Assembly (NCBI GenBank): GCA_000092065.1
Contig: CP000584.1
DNA: 64,000 nucleotides
Strand: one strand, 5' to 3'
DNA from: Ostreococcus lucimarinus
Lineage: Eukaryota
Shown here: one piece after another, positions 37,401-46,716 of the stretch
Layout: each line of letters opens with the position of its first letter
How positions within the stretch are numbered: position 1 is the first letter of the stretch
The notes under the pieces: generated by a model
What the model was told of the DNA's origin: nothing
Seen by the model: the letters and a program-made list of their open reading frames with translations, nothing else
Databases searched by the model: none
Program-made: the position numbers and the translations under genes

Positions 37401-39044
37401 AACGAAGCTAGCATGGCTGATATTGTAGCGGCACAAGAGCGCTTGAAGGCGAGCGAGGAGGCTGTCATGGGCCACGAAGCTCGAATCGCTGGTGTTGTGG
37501 CGCAACTCGAGAGCGAGCAAAAGGAAGTTGAGCGCCTTCAGAAAGAGCTCAAGGATAACTCGACGGTTCACAAAACCACTATCGAATCGCTCATGGCCGC
37601 GCAAAAGGCGCTCGAGCGCGAACGCACCGAACTCAAGTCTGAACTTAACGCACTCAAGGAGGCTGAATCTATGCGCAAGGACACGGAGGGCAACGAGCAG
37701 AATAAGGCTCTCGAAGCGCGATTGGTTGAGCAAACACGTGAAGTCGACGCTGCGAGACGTCTGGTGCAAGAATCCGAGCAATTGCAGCGACAGCTCGACG
37801 AACGGCAATCGCGTATAAACGAGCTTGAAGAGCAAGCCCTCGAAGCCGAATCAATGCGACGTGCGTTGCACAACCAGATTCAAGAGCTGCGTGGCAACGT
37901 GCGCGTGTTCTGCCGAGTGCGCCCGACGGAGAACGAAGCGGCAGTTAAGTGTGCCCCTGACGGGAGCTCATTGAATTTGAAACGCGTCGAGGGCAAAGAA
38001 GATGCCGCGTTCGAGTTTGATCGCGTGTTTGATCCGAGCGCCAAGCAAGAAGAAATTTTCGAGGAAGTTTCGCAACTGGTGCAGTCTGCGCTCGACGGTT
38101 ACAAAGTATGCTTATTCTCCTACGGGCAAACCGGCTCGGGTAAGACGCATACCATGCTCGGTGACGGTAACGGTGACATGCGGGGTATAATCCCTCGCTC
38201 GGTCGCTAAAATTGTCGAGGCGTCGCAGAAGAATGCGCACAAGGGTTGGTCCTACACCATGCACGCTTCGTACGTCGAAATTTATAACGAACAAGTGCGC
38301 GATTTGCTCAAGCCAGGAAGTTCGCACAGCGACAAACACTCCATCGTTCACAAGAATGGCGTGACGGAGGTGAGCGGCGTCCAACGCGAGGTCATTGACT
38401 CTGTTGAGTCTGCGGCGGCTTTGGTTCGACGTGCTTCCGCAGCTCGCGTGGTCGAAGCGACGAACATGAACGCACAGTCTTCGCGTTCGCACACCATATT
38501 CATGTTGTACATCGTCGGCGAACACGCCTCAAGTGGAAGTGAACTCACGGGCTGCCTCAACTTGGTGGATTTGGCTGGCTCGGAACGCGTTGGTCGATCA
38601 GGCGCCGAGGGCGCGCGCTTGAAGGAGGCCTGCGCCATCAACAAGTCTCTTTCGTCGCTTGGTGATGTCTTTTCTGCGTTAGCCGCGAAACAAGCGCACG
38701 TGCCGTATCGCAACTCCAAGCTCACTTATCTGTTGCAGCCGTGTCTCGGCGGTGACGGTAAAACGCTGATGTTTGTTAACATCAATCCAGAAAACACGAG
38801 CACCGAAGAGACGATGTGCTCGTTGAAGTTTGCCTCGCAAGTGAACGCCGTTCAGCTCGGCGACGGCAAGGGCGCGCAGCGCCGTATCACGACCAAATTG
38901 AGTTCCAAGGTAGAAAAGAAGGGTGACAAGGAAAAGTCCAAGAGCGACAAGAGCGAACGCAAGTCGAAGGACAAAGCAACCAGCGTCATTGGCGAACGCA
39001 AGCGCAAGGCGACTTCCTCCACCGACGAGCCTCGAAAAAAGTAA
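34434..39044 (+). CDS. kinesin-14 (C-terminal motor, KIFC/KAR3/ATK type) with about 1100-aa N-terminal coiled-coil stalk
   Basis: ATG at 34434 (MSDEVKENVP) within track ORF 33852..39044; the first 194 ORF codons are Arg/Pro-rich artefact. Neck plus motor at the C-terminus: LRGNVRVFCRVRP, P-loop GQTGSGKTHTM, switch I NAQSSRSH, switch II LVDLAGSERV, then HVPYRNSKLTYLLQ. Lys-rich tail. Confidence 0.85.
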   Translation: MSDEVKENVPTRATRAATHATPATVTRAKRGGGTTNVGSSLNDGANAVDASDDATEALAATRARGVLVDASNGGELGGDAPTEAIAPGHKMGANGAGAANGVAGISRDLKSMRARLDAARKESVKTEDAAVASAAPVVSAAPVVMSAGPTVSAAVGAQAKPTSSGVSSLYREYYENEDFIEKCERAINFRPKARQHDYKNRIEELTAAVKASKDCLRHVFQNGTNFSKELDRYESNERQSYEALSAQVDALKTCASTAEAEAKTLRAQVKTLKSEANEKEAELMNERERAEGTLMEEMSAAKVALASLEKDLEKKSRELENAASKYAKLESSYTESSTRESVAKEANSKLERDVKQLKAEAEQAELTFAAERRALEGQLRKQTSELEAERARATAARAQLEDSLREANSECESLRVQVNMAEEAAAREAEQFGSSAEELQSKLNSVEAELNELRAKASADEISAKDTITQLRSEAKETKKALTKQENMLAKRNAKIEKLESDIAALNGENSSTSAQVEDLEAKLAEMKSSYSELKAEFAATSAELKARNEDLLSLKDEHKSTSESLTQIKASLESEKATKASELKRAEKDVKRAESDLADAKAQSKSLIEQQTLMMGELKQVREELASMEADRRDQLANGSATLQEVQKQARLDLQQAEDRHREAVAEERRRAEAATMAAQEKAEKEIQSTREKAEERVNTANGKLAAAEERAAEFEKSLKKAEKELEKTTAASSADVAELQKQLADANDSLEALQKELDDEIQGAAEELAAVQKTAEDKAARLAEKHKRAQLELEAKLAEQVSGAQSTAEERIKEITANLAAEQDRLQKAEAKIEKLSAEKETQVEKANAKLVKETEAVTELQAQLKSVTKEQKSLTSEKDALMSEKATLTKQLAELEKAQKSLAEESETSAAKHEKKMNKLETRLKAMEAERDVLVGERDALEVKLSEIEQAKGDVEARVQDALKEKESIAQQLADLEKAKHDMEAANEASMADIVAAQERLKASEEAVMGHEARIAGVVAQLESEQKEVERLQKELKDNSTVHKTTIESLMAAQKALERERTELKSELNALKEAESMRKDTEGNEQNKALEARLVEQTREVDAARRLVQESEQLQRQLDERQSRINELEEQALEAESMRRALHNQIQELRGNVRVFCRVRPTENEAAVKCAPDGSSLNLKRVEGKEDAAFEFDRVFDPSAKQEEIFEEVSQLVQSALDGYKVCLFSYGQTGSGKTHTMLGDGNGDMRGIIPRSVAKIVEASQKNAHKGWSYTMHASYVEIYNEQVRDLLKPGSSHSDKHSIVHKNGVTEVSGVQREVIDSVESAAALVRRASAARVVEATNMNAQSSRSHTIFMLYIVGEHASSGSELTGCLNLVDLAGSERVGRSGAEGARLKEACAINKSLSSLGDVFSALAAKQAHVPYRNSKLTYLLQPCLGGDGKTLMFVNINPENTSTEETMCSLKFASQVNAVQLGDGKGAQRRITTKLSSKVEKKGDKEKSKSDKSERKSKDKATSVIGERKRKATSSTDEPRKK

Positions 39045-39130
39045 ATGTACAGCCTTTACAATCCTAAACGATAGCGCGCCGACGTCTACACGTGGCGCCT
39101 TTGAAATGAAATACAGCAAAAAAATATCCA

Positions 39131-39982
39131 TTAAACACTCGTCACGGCTTCGTTCGCCGCTTCCACGCGCGATGTCATCGTTCCAAGCGCCGCAAACGCA
39201 TCGATACCGTCGCGTTCGACGAATTCGGCGACTCGCGCCGCGAGCGTCGCGACGTCGCCGTCGGCGAACGCGCCCACCGCTCGCGCCAACGTCTCGGGCT
39301 CGAGCAACAACAAACTCGGTGTCTGCGTCGCCACGAACCCAACATCCACCGCCGCGAACAGAAACTTCATCCGCACCAACCGTCGGACGATTTCCTCCGT
39401 CGGGTACTCCAACAGCTCGGGCGCGCGATGCAACAACATCGGCGAGTCCACGAACGGCGCCACTCGATCCAGATTCAACACCGCCCGCTCCAACCGCTCT
39501 GGATTCCTATACGCGCTGTTTCGGGCGCTCTTCGTCATCACCGTCCGACACGCCTTCGACCCCCCCCACAGGTTCCAAAACCGAACCTTCAAATCCTCCT
39601 CGCGCGTCGACGTCCCCTTCATCGTCCCCGCCACCAGCCACTTCCCATCCATTCGTCCATCTCTCGCGCTCGCCGATCCCGCGTCTTTCCTCACCGTTCG
39701 CATCAGCGCGTCGCTCGCGCTCTCCACCGCCTTCGTCGCGCGCGCGCGCGCCGTCGCGCGCGTCGTCGTCGACGCCTCGAGCGCGAACGCCTCGCGCGGC
39801 GACCGCATGAGCTCGGTCACCGACACGTTCGCCGCCTCCGCGCGGTCGACCGCGCGCACGATGCGCGCGAACGCCTCGCGCGGCGAGCGCGCGAGTTCGG
39901 GCACGTCCGCGAGCGCGCGGTCGACGATCGCGGCGTCGCGCAGCGGCGACAGCAGGCGCCGCACGACGTGCTCGGCCGCCAT
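39131..39982 (-). CDS. mTERF-like organellar protein (tentative)
   Basis: ATG at 39982..39980 (MAAEHVVRRLL). Repeated about 30-aa helical units with the mTERF-like pattern (VPELARSPREAFARIVRAV / VTELMRSPREAFAL; LLHRAPELLEYPTEEIVRRLVRMKFLFAAVDVGFVATQTPSLLLLEPETLARAV). Assignment is by motif only. Confidence 0.35.
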   Translation of the reverse strand: MAAEHVVRRLLSPLRDAAIVDRALADVPELARSPREAFARIVRAVDRAEAANVSVTELMRSPREAFALEASTTTRATARARATKAVESASDALMRTVRKDAGSASARDGRMDGKWLVAGTMKGTSTREEDLKVRFWNLWGGSKACRTVMTKSARNSAYRNPERLERAVLNLDRVAPFVDSPMLLHRAPELLEYPTEEIVRRLVRMKFLFAAVDVGFVATQTPSLLLLEPETLARAVGAFADGDVATLAARVAEFVERDGIDAFAALGTMTSRVEAANEAVTSV

Positions 39983-40437
39983 GCCGGCGCGGCGATGTGC
40001 GGCGCGCGCGACGGCAGAACGACGCGCGCGAGCGCATGCGCGCGAGCGAGCGCGCACGACGCGCGAGGTCGCTGTACAGGCAGTTGTTCAGGGCGAGCGC
40101 GAGGCTGCCGACGGTGCGCGATCGCGCGAGAGACGCGGATAAAGTGACGCGCGACGGGACGTTGACGCACGGCGGCGAGGACGCGAGGACGCGAGGACGC
40201 GAGGACGCGACGACGCGGGACTGACGCGCGACGCGGACGCGCAGGACAATCGCACGGCGTACGTGCGCGCGAAAGCGCGAGCGGAGTACGAGAAGCACGC
40301 GAGCGCGGAGGGGGAGACGCTGGAGGAGGCGCTGCGGTTGGCGGCGGCGCAGGTGGACAACGTCGAGGCGTCGGCGGCGCATTTGACGAAGGTTTTCTCG
40401 GACGAGCGCGTGCACGCGCGGGTTTGAGACGAACGTG

Positions 40438-41004
40438 ATGGCGACCGACGCGAGCGAGACGATGGTGGAGGACGCGGTGGGCGCAGAGGATGGGTTCGAG
40501 GAGTTACACGTGTTTGATTTCGATGGGACGCTCGTGGACACGCCGACGCCGAAGGAAGGGATGAGATCGTACGAGATCGCCACGGGTCGAGAGTGGCCGT
40601 TTCAGGGATGGTGGGGACGTGCGGAGTCGTTGGAACCGCCGTTGACGATGGCGTCGGGGCCGGCGTTGGATGAGTACAGGGAGAGCGCGGCGAACGCGAC
40701 GGTGGCGCGCGTCATGATGACGGGTCGCCGCGGCAAACTCAGGCAATCCGTGGAGGCGGTGATGCGGTCGTTCGACATCAACTGTCACGAACACATTTTT
40801 AACTGCACGGGACACGACACGTTGTCGTACAAGCAAAATGAACTGAGGCGGTTGGTGAAAAAGTACAAGCCGAAGCGAGTGCGAATTTGGGAAGACCGCA
40901 TATCGCACGCGCGAGAGTTTCAAGACATGGACGTCGAGTTTCGCTCTACGCACGGCGTGGAGTCTTGGCGCGTGACGCTCGTCGAGCCGAGCAACGATTT
41001 CTAA
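40438..41004 (+). CDS. HAD-superfamily hydrolase, HAD_SAK-type (domain found in 'Swiss-army-knife' RNA-repair proteins; DUF2608-like), stand-alone
   Basis: ATG at 40438 (track start 40435 is GTG). HAD motif I VFDFDGTLVDTPTP. Tryptophan-rich block WPFQGWWG. Conserved distal Asp (MDVEF). 188 aa with no fused ligase or kinase domain. Confidence 0.45.
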   Translation: MATDASETMVEDAVGAEDGFEELHVFDFDGTLVDTPTPKEGMRSYEIATGREWPFQGWWGRAESLEPPLTMASGPALDEYRESAANATVARVMMTGRRGKLRQSVEAVMRSFDINCHEHIFNCTGHDTLSYKQNELRRLVKKYKPKRVRIWEDRISHAREFQDMDVEFRSTHGVESWRVTLVEPSNDF

Positions 41005-41048
41005 CTATTAGCTTGTCATCCTACACAGTCTGTATTCTAATTCACGAT

Positions 41049-42320
41049 TCACTCGAGCAGTCGCAACATGGCTTCGTCCACCCAAGGTTCTCTGAACGCG
41101 TCGGATGCGCGCGACGCGTGTCTCAGTTCCACTTCGTCAGCCGAACCCTGCGTCACATCCTCGGCCTTGTACACCCCTTTAGCTTGGTTTAAGACGCAAG
41201 AGTTGATGAAGTCGATGGGACTTTCAGCGAAGCGCAAAAGAAAGTCACGACGCTCCAAATGACTGTCTATGAAATCGAACGCGAGACGAATGTGTTGCTC
41301 GCACGCGTCCACGTCCTTCGCCACTCGATAATCGTGCTCATACGGCGGCGCCAGACCCCAGGGCCCAGAGTCGGGCTCTTCGGCCTCGATATCGTAGCAA
41401 TCAGGCTTTGACGGTGATATTCCGGAGGTTTTGATGTTGTACTTGATTTCCAGGGGCTCGAGCGCGGTGAGAAACTTTTCGCACGCGACGTCGCACACGC
41501 GCTGAAACTTGACCGTTTCTGGAGACTTCGGCAGCGACACGCCCGCGTCCTCGAACACGATCCGCATGGGCTCATCCACTCGCACCTCGCTCACGTCGTC
41601 CTCGTTCACCAACTCATTCGCCGAAAAGTACGTCCACAACTCTGAAATCACCCTTCGCCTCGACGCGTACCGAGTCGCGATCAATTCCGCCAAATCCTTC
41701 CCCACCCTAAACCTCTCGCGCATCCCATTCACTTCCAACCGAATCGTCGCCTCAACCGCGCCTCGTTTCGTGAACCCACGCATCTCGAACCCATCCACGC
41801 GTCCGCTCGCCCGTCCCGTCCCGAGCGCGTCCGAAGCCTCTCCCTCCCGCGTCCACGTCCTCGTCCTCGCCTCCTCCGCGTCTCCATCCACCTCGATCGT
41901 CATCCGTCGCACGTAACTCGTGAATCTCCCCTCCATCTCATCGTGCGTCCACGCGCCGTCGCTCGCCCCTCCTCGATCGACGTCTTCTCGTCGCTCGTCG
42001 ACCCGTCGTCCCGCCACGCGCAGCGCGTACGTCCCGTCGCCCCCGTGCGCGTGAAACACGTACACTCGCACCGTCGCCGTCCGTCGTTCGCGCCCGCCCG
42101 GCCGTCGCGCCGCGTTCGCATCGCGCGCGCGTCCTCGCCATCGCGCGCACGCGACGTCGAGCTCGCGCTCGACGTCGCGAAGCGTTCGAAACGCGACGGA
42201 TTCGTCGATGTCCGTCCTGACGCGCGCGTTCGCGCGTCGCGCGTCGTCGAGCGCGAGTTTCTTCTTCTTGCGCTGCCGCGCGACGCGCGCGGTGGCGTCC
42301 AGCGGCGGGCGCCCGCTCAT
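41049..42320 (-). CDS. SWI/SNF complex subunit BAF60/SWP73 (SMARCD family) with SWIB/MDM2 domain
   Basis: ATG at 42320..42318 (MSGRPPLDATARVARQRKKKK) within minus ORF 41049..43601; the upstream ORF part is antisense of RBBP5. Colinear with BAF60: RVYVFHAHGG...YALRVAGRRVD (cf. RIFISNTFNP...WELRVEGRLLED). SWIB block AELIATRYASRRRVISELWTYFSANELVNEDDVSEVRVDEPMRIVF. C-terminal FAESPIDFINSCVLNQAKG. Confidence 0.8.
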   Translation of the reverse strand: MSGRPPLDATARVARQRKKKKLALDDARRANARVRTDIDESVAFRTLRDVERELDVACARWRGRARDANAARRPGGRERRTATVRVYVFHAHGGDGTYALRVAGRRVDERREDVDRGGASDGAWTHDEMEGRFTSYVRRMTIEVDGDAEEARTRTWTREGEASDALGTGRASGRVDGFEMRGFTKRGAVEATIRLEVNGMRERFRVGKDLAELIATRYASRRRVISELWTYFSANELVNEDDVSEVRVDEPMRIVFEDAGVSLPKSPETVKFQRVCDVACEKFLTALEPLEIKYNIKTSGISPSKPDCYDIEAEEPDSGPWGLAPPYEHDYRVAKDVDACEQHIRLAFDFIDSHLERRDFLLRFAESPIDFINSCVLNQAKGVYKAEDVTQGSADEVELRHASRASDAFREPWVDEAMLRLLE

Positions 42321-42604
42321 GCGCGAGGGCGCGCGTCGCGTCGGCGCGTGACGCGCGCGACGTCGCGCGCGAATGCGCCAATGCGCGCGCGCCGACGACA
42401 TTCGTCGACGCGCGACGACGCGCGCGGGCGACGCGCGCGCGCGATGTTTCGCGCGTTCGAACGTGCGTCGGCGACCGCGGGCGCGACGCGCGAGACGCGG
42501 GCGCGACGCGCGAGAACCGCAGCGAGACGCGCGCGAAGGCGCGAGACGCGCGACGCGCGCGACGACTGACGACGACACGATTCGCAGCGCCGAACGCGCG
42601 CAGG

Positions 42605-43939
42605 ATGTGGGAGGTGGTCGAGGACCGGTTGGCGCGCGAGCGCACGACGTGCTGCGCGTGGAATCGACGCGGGACGATGCTGGCGTGCGGGACGTCGAAC
42701 GGGACGATCGTGATTTGGTGCTGGGACACGAGAGCGACGACGCGCGAGTTTCGACGCGACGAAGACGACGGCGAGCGGGCGGCGGTGCTGAGCGTGCACT
42801 GGAGCCTGGACGGGAGGAAGATCGCGGCGGCGAAATCGGATGGGGTGGTGGAGGTGTGGGACGCGCTGGAGGAGGACGTGATCGCGGTGATGTCGAACGT
42901 GGGGCTGTGTTCGAGCGTGAGCTTCGCGGCGTCGAACGCGAGCGGAACGACGGTGATCGTGAGTCCGAGCGTGGGGCGGGCGCCGTACGTGCGCGGGACG
43001 AGCGCGCGAGGGCAGAAAGAGGCCGAACTGCCGTCGTCGCACGATGTGGCGGTGACGGGTTTGGCGGTGTCGAGTAAAAAGGGGAGGTACGTCTTCGTCG
43101 GCGACGCGCGGGGAACGGTGTCCGTCGTCGACGCGTCGGGGGAGCTGCGACTAGCGCAGTCGATTTCGATCCCAGACGCGACGTTGGTGAAGAGATTAGA
43201 ACTGTGTAGAAATGGCAAACACTTGCTCGCGGTGACGAATGGGCAGAAAATATGTGGTTTCGACGTCGACGAAGCCGCGAGCGACGGCGAAGACGTGCTG
43301 ACGAGGATGGTGGAGTACGAGAGCCCGTCCGCCAGCCGATTGCAGTGGAGCGCGGCGGCGTATCCATGGAACGGCGAGTACGTTTACGGTATGTGCAGTG
43401 GCGCCGCGCACGAAATGCACGTGTGGGATCGCGCGTCTGGAGAGTTGAAGTGCGTGCTCGAAGGTCCGGCCGAGGCGAAGGGCGTGGTTCAACTCGCGGC
43501 GCATCCGATTCGAGACGTCGGCATCGCGCTCGGAAGCAACGGCAATATTTACGTTTGGGCGCGCAAGCATAAAGAGGACTGGAGCGCGTTTGATCCCACA
43601 TTCACGACTTTGGTCGATAACAAGGAGTACGTGGAGAAGGAAGACGAATTCGACGCCAAGCCGCCCGTCGAGAAGCAGCCACCGCGCGCGCTCGAGGCGC
43701 TCGATCCGGCGCGGCTGCCTGATTTGTTAAAGCCGACCGTGAATGATTACTACACGGACGACACGGACGATGATGTCTTGCACGCACTTCCGATTCGAAT
43801 CAAACCCAACCCGGAAGTGGCGAAACTCATGGAGGAGCGCAAGGCGAAATGGGCCAAGAAGGCGGCGAGAAAGGAACGCGAGGAGCGCGAGAAGACAGAG
43901 GCGGCGAAAAAGGCGAAGGAAACTGGCGGAGAAAACTGA
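42605..43939 (+). CDS. RBBP5: COMPASS/Set1-complex WD40 subunit RBBP5 / Swd1
   Basis: ATG at 42605. WD repeats from CCAWNRRGTMLACGTSNGTIVIWCW. The C-terminal block NIYVWARKHKEDWSAFDPTFTTLVDNKEYVEKEDEFD matches RBBP5 [35 protein letters not shown]. Lys/Glu-rich tail. Confidence 0.85.
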   Translation: MWEVVEDRLARERTTCCAWNRRGTMLACGTSNGTIVIWCWDTRATTREFRRDEDDGERAAVLSVHWSLDGRKIAAAKSDGVVEVWDALEEDVIAVMSNVGLCSSVSFAASNASGTTVIVSPSVGRAPYVRGTSARGQKEAELPSSHDVAVTGLAVSSKKGRYVFVGDARGTVSVVDASGELRLAQSISIPDATLVKRLELCRNGKHLLAVTNGQKICGFDVDEAASDGEDVLTRMVEYESPSASRLQWSAAAYPWNGEYVYGMCSGAAHEMHVWDRASGELKCVLEGPAEAKGVVQLAAHPIRDVGIALGSNGNIYVWARKHKEDWSAFDPTFTTLVDNKEYVEKEDEFDAKPPVEKQPPRALEALDPARLPDLLKPTVNDYYTDDTDDDVLHALPIRIKPNPEVAKLMEERKAKWAKKAARKEREEREKTEAAKKAKETGGEN

Positions 43940-43990
43940 GTAGAATAGTCTAATATCACACTAAAATCGTCTAGGAAAAAACCAGCAAAA

Positions 43991-45310
43991 TCACTTTGAG
44001 CGTTCCACCGCGCGTTTGGCGAGCTCTTTGAGCGCACGTCTGCAGTGCATCGCGTACTTGGACTCTGACGCGGGAAGACGGTCAATCGCAGCGATGGCCA
44101 AGTCGCAGTGCTCACGCGCGAGTTCTTGAGTTCGCGCGATGCCCTGGCTGCTCTTTACGAGCTCGTGCGCGCGCTGGACGTCGCCAGAGTGCTTGAACCT
44201 TCGCTCGACAAGGTCTGAGAGTTCAGGGAATTCCTGCACGGCGAAGAGCACCGGCGCCGTAGCGATGCCTTCTTTCAAGTCGCCAAGCGTCGGTTTTCCG
44301 AGAAGAGACTCAGATCCGATGAAGTCGAGAACATCGTCTTGGAACTGAAACGCCAATCCGAGGTTTTTCCCATAATCGTACGCCAGTTGCGCGCTTTCTT
44401 CCCCGTGCCCGCCGAGCAAGGCGATGGCTTTTGAACTATTAGCGATGAGACTCGCCGTCTTATAGTACGTCTTCTTCACGTAGTGATCCATGGACGACAA
44501 ACTTTCCGGTTTTGCCGTCATTTGCATCACCTCTCCCGCGACGAGATGCTCGAGAACTCGAGACAAGAGCTCGATGACTTCTGTATTACGCAACGACGCC
44601 AGCGTCACCGACGCCCTCGCGAGTAAGAAATCGCCCGCCAAAATCGCCAGCTTGTTGCCCACCTCCAAATTCAACGCCCGCAGTCCCCGACGCGTGGCGG
44701 CGTTATCGAGCACGTCATCGTGCAACAGACTCGCGACGTGGATCATCTCCGCAATTTCCGCCAGGCGTTGTTGTCGTCGCCGCACGTCCGCCGGCGCCTG
44801 GTGCGCGGGCGCGTGATCCGTTTCTCTCCACCCTCCCTGCGCCGCGCTCGTCATCACCCCGTTCGTCATCGCGCTCGCCATGAGCATCAAAACCGTCGGT
44901 CGCACGCGTTTCCCCTCCGCACCGAGCTTGAAAAAATACTCGCTCGCCGTCGACAACGCGGGTATATCGCTCGTCACCGCCCTTCGCATCCGTTCCCCGA
45001 TCGCCCTCAGCTCATCGTCCACGATCTTGAACGGATTTATCGGCACCGCGTCATCGTACGCGAGCTCTTCCCTCGGCACCGCGTGCGCGCTCGCGAACCC
45101 GACGCTCGGTCTCGCTCGCGCGTCGCCCGCCGCCCTCGCGTTCGCCGCGCCCTCCCCTTCGCCTCGCGTTCGCGCGCGCCAATCGCCGCGCGTGCCGCTC
45201 GCGATCGCTCGGGTCCCTCGATCGAGTCCTCGCGCGCGTTCGGCGACGTCCAGAGCGCGCGCGCGCGCCCGCTCGGCGACGCGCGACGCGATTCGAGCGA
45301 ACGAAGGCAT
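43991..45310 (-). CDS. long-chain trans-polyprenyl diphosphate synthase (solanesyl/decaprenyl-PP synthase, COQ1/SPS type) with organellar presequence
   Basis: ATG at 45310..45308. Both Asp-rich motifs are present (LLHDDVLDNAATRRG and FQFQDDVLDF), plus GDFLLARA and KTASLIANS. There is an insertion between the first helices, as in mitochondrial Coq1/PDSS1-type enzymes. Confidence 0.8.
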   Translation of the reverse strand: MPSFARIASRVAERARARALDVAERARGLDRGTRAIASGTRGDWRARTRGEGEGAANARAAGDARARPSVGFASAHAVPREELAYDDAVPINPFKIVDDELRAIGERMRRAVTSDIPALSTASEYFFKLGAEGKRVRPTVLMLMASAMTNGVMTSAAQGGWRETDHAPAHQAPADVRRRQQRLAEIAEMIHVASLLHDDVLDNAATRRGLRALNLEVGNKLAILAGDFLLARASVTLASLRNTEVIELLSRVLEHLVAGEVMQMTAKPESLSSMDHYVKKTYYKTASLIANSSKAIALLGGHGEESAQLAYDYGKNLGLAFQFQDDVLDFIGSESLLGKPTLGDLKEGIATAPVLFAVQEFPELSDLVERRFKHSGDVQRAHELVKSSQGIARTQELAREHCDLAIAAIDRLPASESKYAMHCRRALKELAKRAVERSK

Positions 45311-45539
45311 GCCTCGTCGACGCGACGCTTATCCGGTCGCGCGGCGTCGCGCGCGCGCTTCGAGGCGACGGCGACGACGCGCGCGCGCGCGTCGCGCGTG
45401 TGCGCGTCCGTGCGGCGCGCGGGCGCGTCGCGGGCGAGTTGTGACGCCGATCGCGACGCCGATGGGACGATGAGGGGCTGACGCGAGGCGAACGCGCGCG
45501 CGAAGGCGCGAAGGCGACGAAGGCGAAGCGGCGGCGTGT

Positions 45540-46430
45540 CTATTCACGACGAACGAGCACGAAATCTAAAAACCTGCGCGGAACGTCGGCTTTGAACCTG
45601 TAGCCGCGACCGACGAGCACGCCCGGCGCGAGCGGGCGGATGTAATCGACCAAGGCGTCGAACGGGTAGAGCGCGAGGCGAGGCGCGGGCCAGGAGACGC
45701 CGCCGGCGCGGGACGCGAGAGGCCGCCGCGTCGCCAACACCGGGACGTCGCGGTAATCCAAAGATAAATCAGCGCGCTCGCCGGTGCCGGGAATCGTCAC
45801 GGAGTCGTCGGTGAAGTCGTTGGAGGCGAAATACAGAGGAAGCAAGGCGTCGAGCGGGCCTTTTTTAATCGGCGCTCGACCGAGAAATCGTCGCGAAGCC
45901 GCGCTTCGCATCGGATCGTCGTCCTCGTCCACGTAAAACGCCTTGGCGAAGCGATTGAGGAACTTGGTCGGGAGTTTCGCGACGCGTCCTTCGAACACGC
46001 GCACGCCGTCACCGCGCGCATTCGCGTCGTCGTCGCCTAAAATCTCATTCGCCGCGTGAAAATCCTTCGTCGAGCCCGCGCTCGCGGCGCGCTCCGCGCG
46101 CGTCAACGCGTACCCCTCACCCGCGATCGTCCACGCGTTCTCGATCCCCGTCGACGACAGCGCGTCCATAAAAATCATCTTCTGCGCCGTCGTCATTCCC
46201 GCGAGCTCCTCGCGGACGTACGACGACGCGCGCGTCGCGCTCGCGCTCAGCGCCGCGACGTCGTAGCAATTCACCACCGCCGCCAATCGCTCGGCGCGTT
46301 CGCGCCCGTCCTCGTCCTCGTCCTCGTCATCGTCCTCGTCATCGCGTTCGCGCGACGTCGACGCGTCCGTCGCGCGCCGCGCGTGCCGCGCGCGCGCGCC
46401 GCGCGCCGCGCGCGCGCATCGCGTCGACAT
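45540..46430 (-). CDS. hypothetical protein (acidic DE tract, conserved-looking C-terminal domain ...[23 protein letters not shown]); family not recognised
   Basis: ATG at about 46430 ([11 protein letters not shown]) within minus ORF 45540..47174; the upstream ORF portion is Arg/Ser-rich artefact across the SecA promoter. The globular C-terminal 200 aa has balanced composition ([23 protein letters not shown]...[26 protein letters not shown]). I recognised no domain. Confidence 0.35.
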   Translation of the reverse strand: MSTRCARAARGARARHARRATDASTSRERDDEDDDEDEDEDGRERAERLAAVVNCYDVAALSASATRASSYVREELAGMTTAQKMIFMDALSSTGIENAWTIAGEGYALTRAERAASAGSTKDFHAANEILGDDDANARGDGVRVFEGRVAKLPTKFLNRFAKAFYVDEDDDPMRSAASRRFLGRAPIKKGPLDALLPLYFASNDFTDDSVTIPGTGERADLSLDYRDVPVLATRRPLASRAGGVSWPAPRLALYPFDALVDYIRPLAPGVLVGRGYRFKADVPRRFLDFVLVRRE

Positions 46431-46716
46431 CGCGCGCGCGCGCGACCGCGCATCGCCGCGTCCGTCGCGCGCGTCCGGCGCGCGCGACGCGACGCGCGCG
46501 TCCACGGAAAACATCGCACCGCGACGCGTCGCGCGCGATCGCGCGCGTCGCGTCGCGCGCGCGCGCGCGTGTGATGCGCGCGTCGCGTACTGTTTACCCA
46601 TACGCGCCCCGTCGACGTGGCATCGCGCGCGCCCTCTTATCCGCACACGCGCGCGCGCCGACGACCGCGCGCACGCCGACGACGGCGCGACACGACCGCG
46701 CGCGACGCACTCGACG

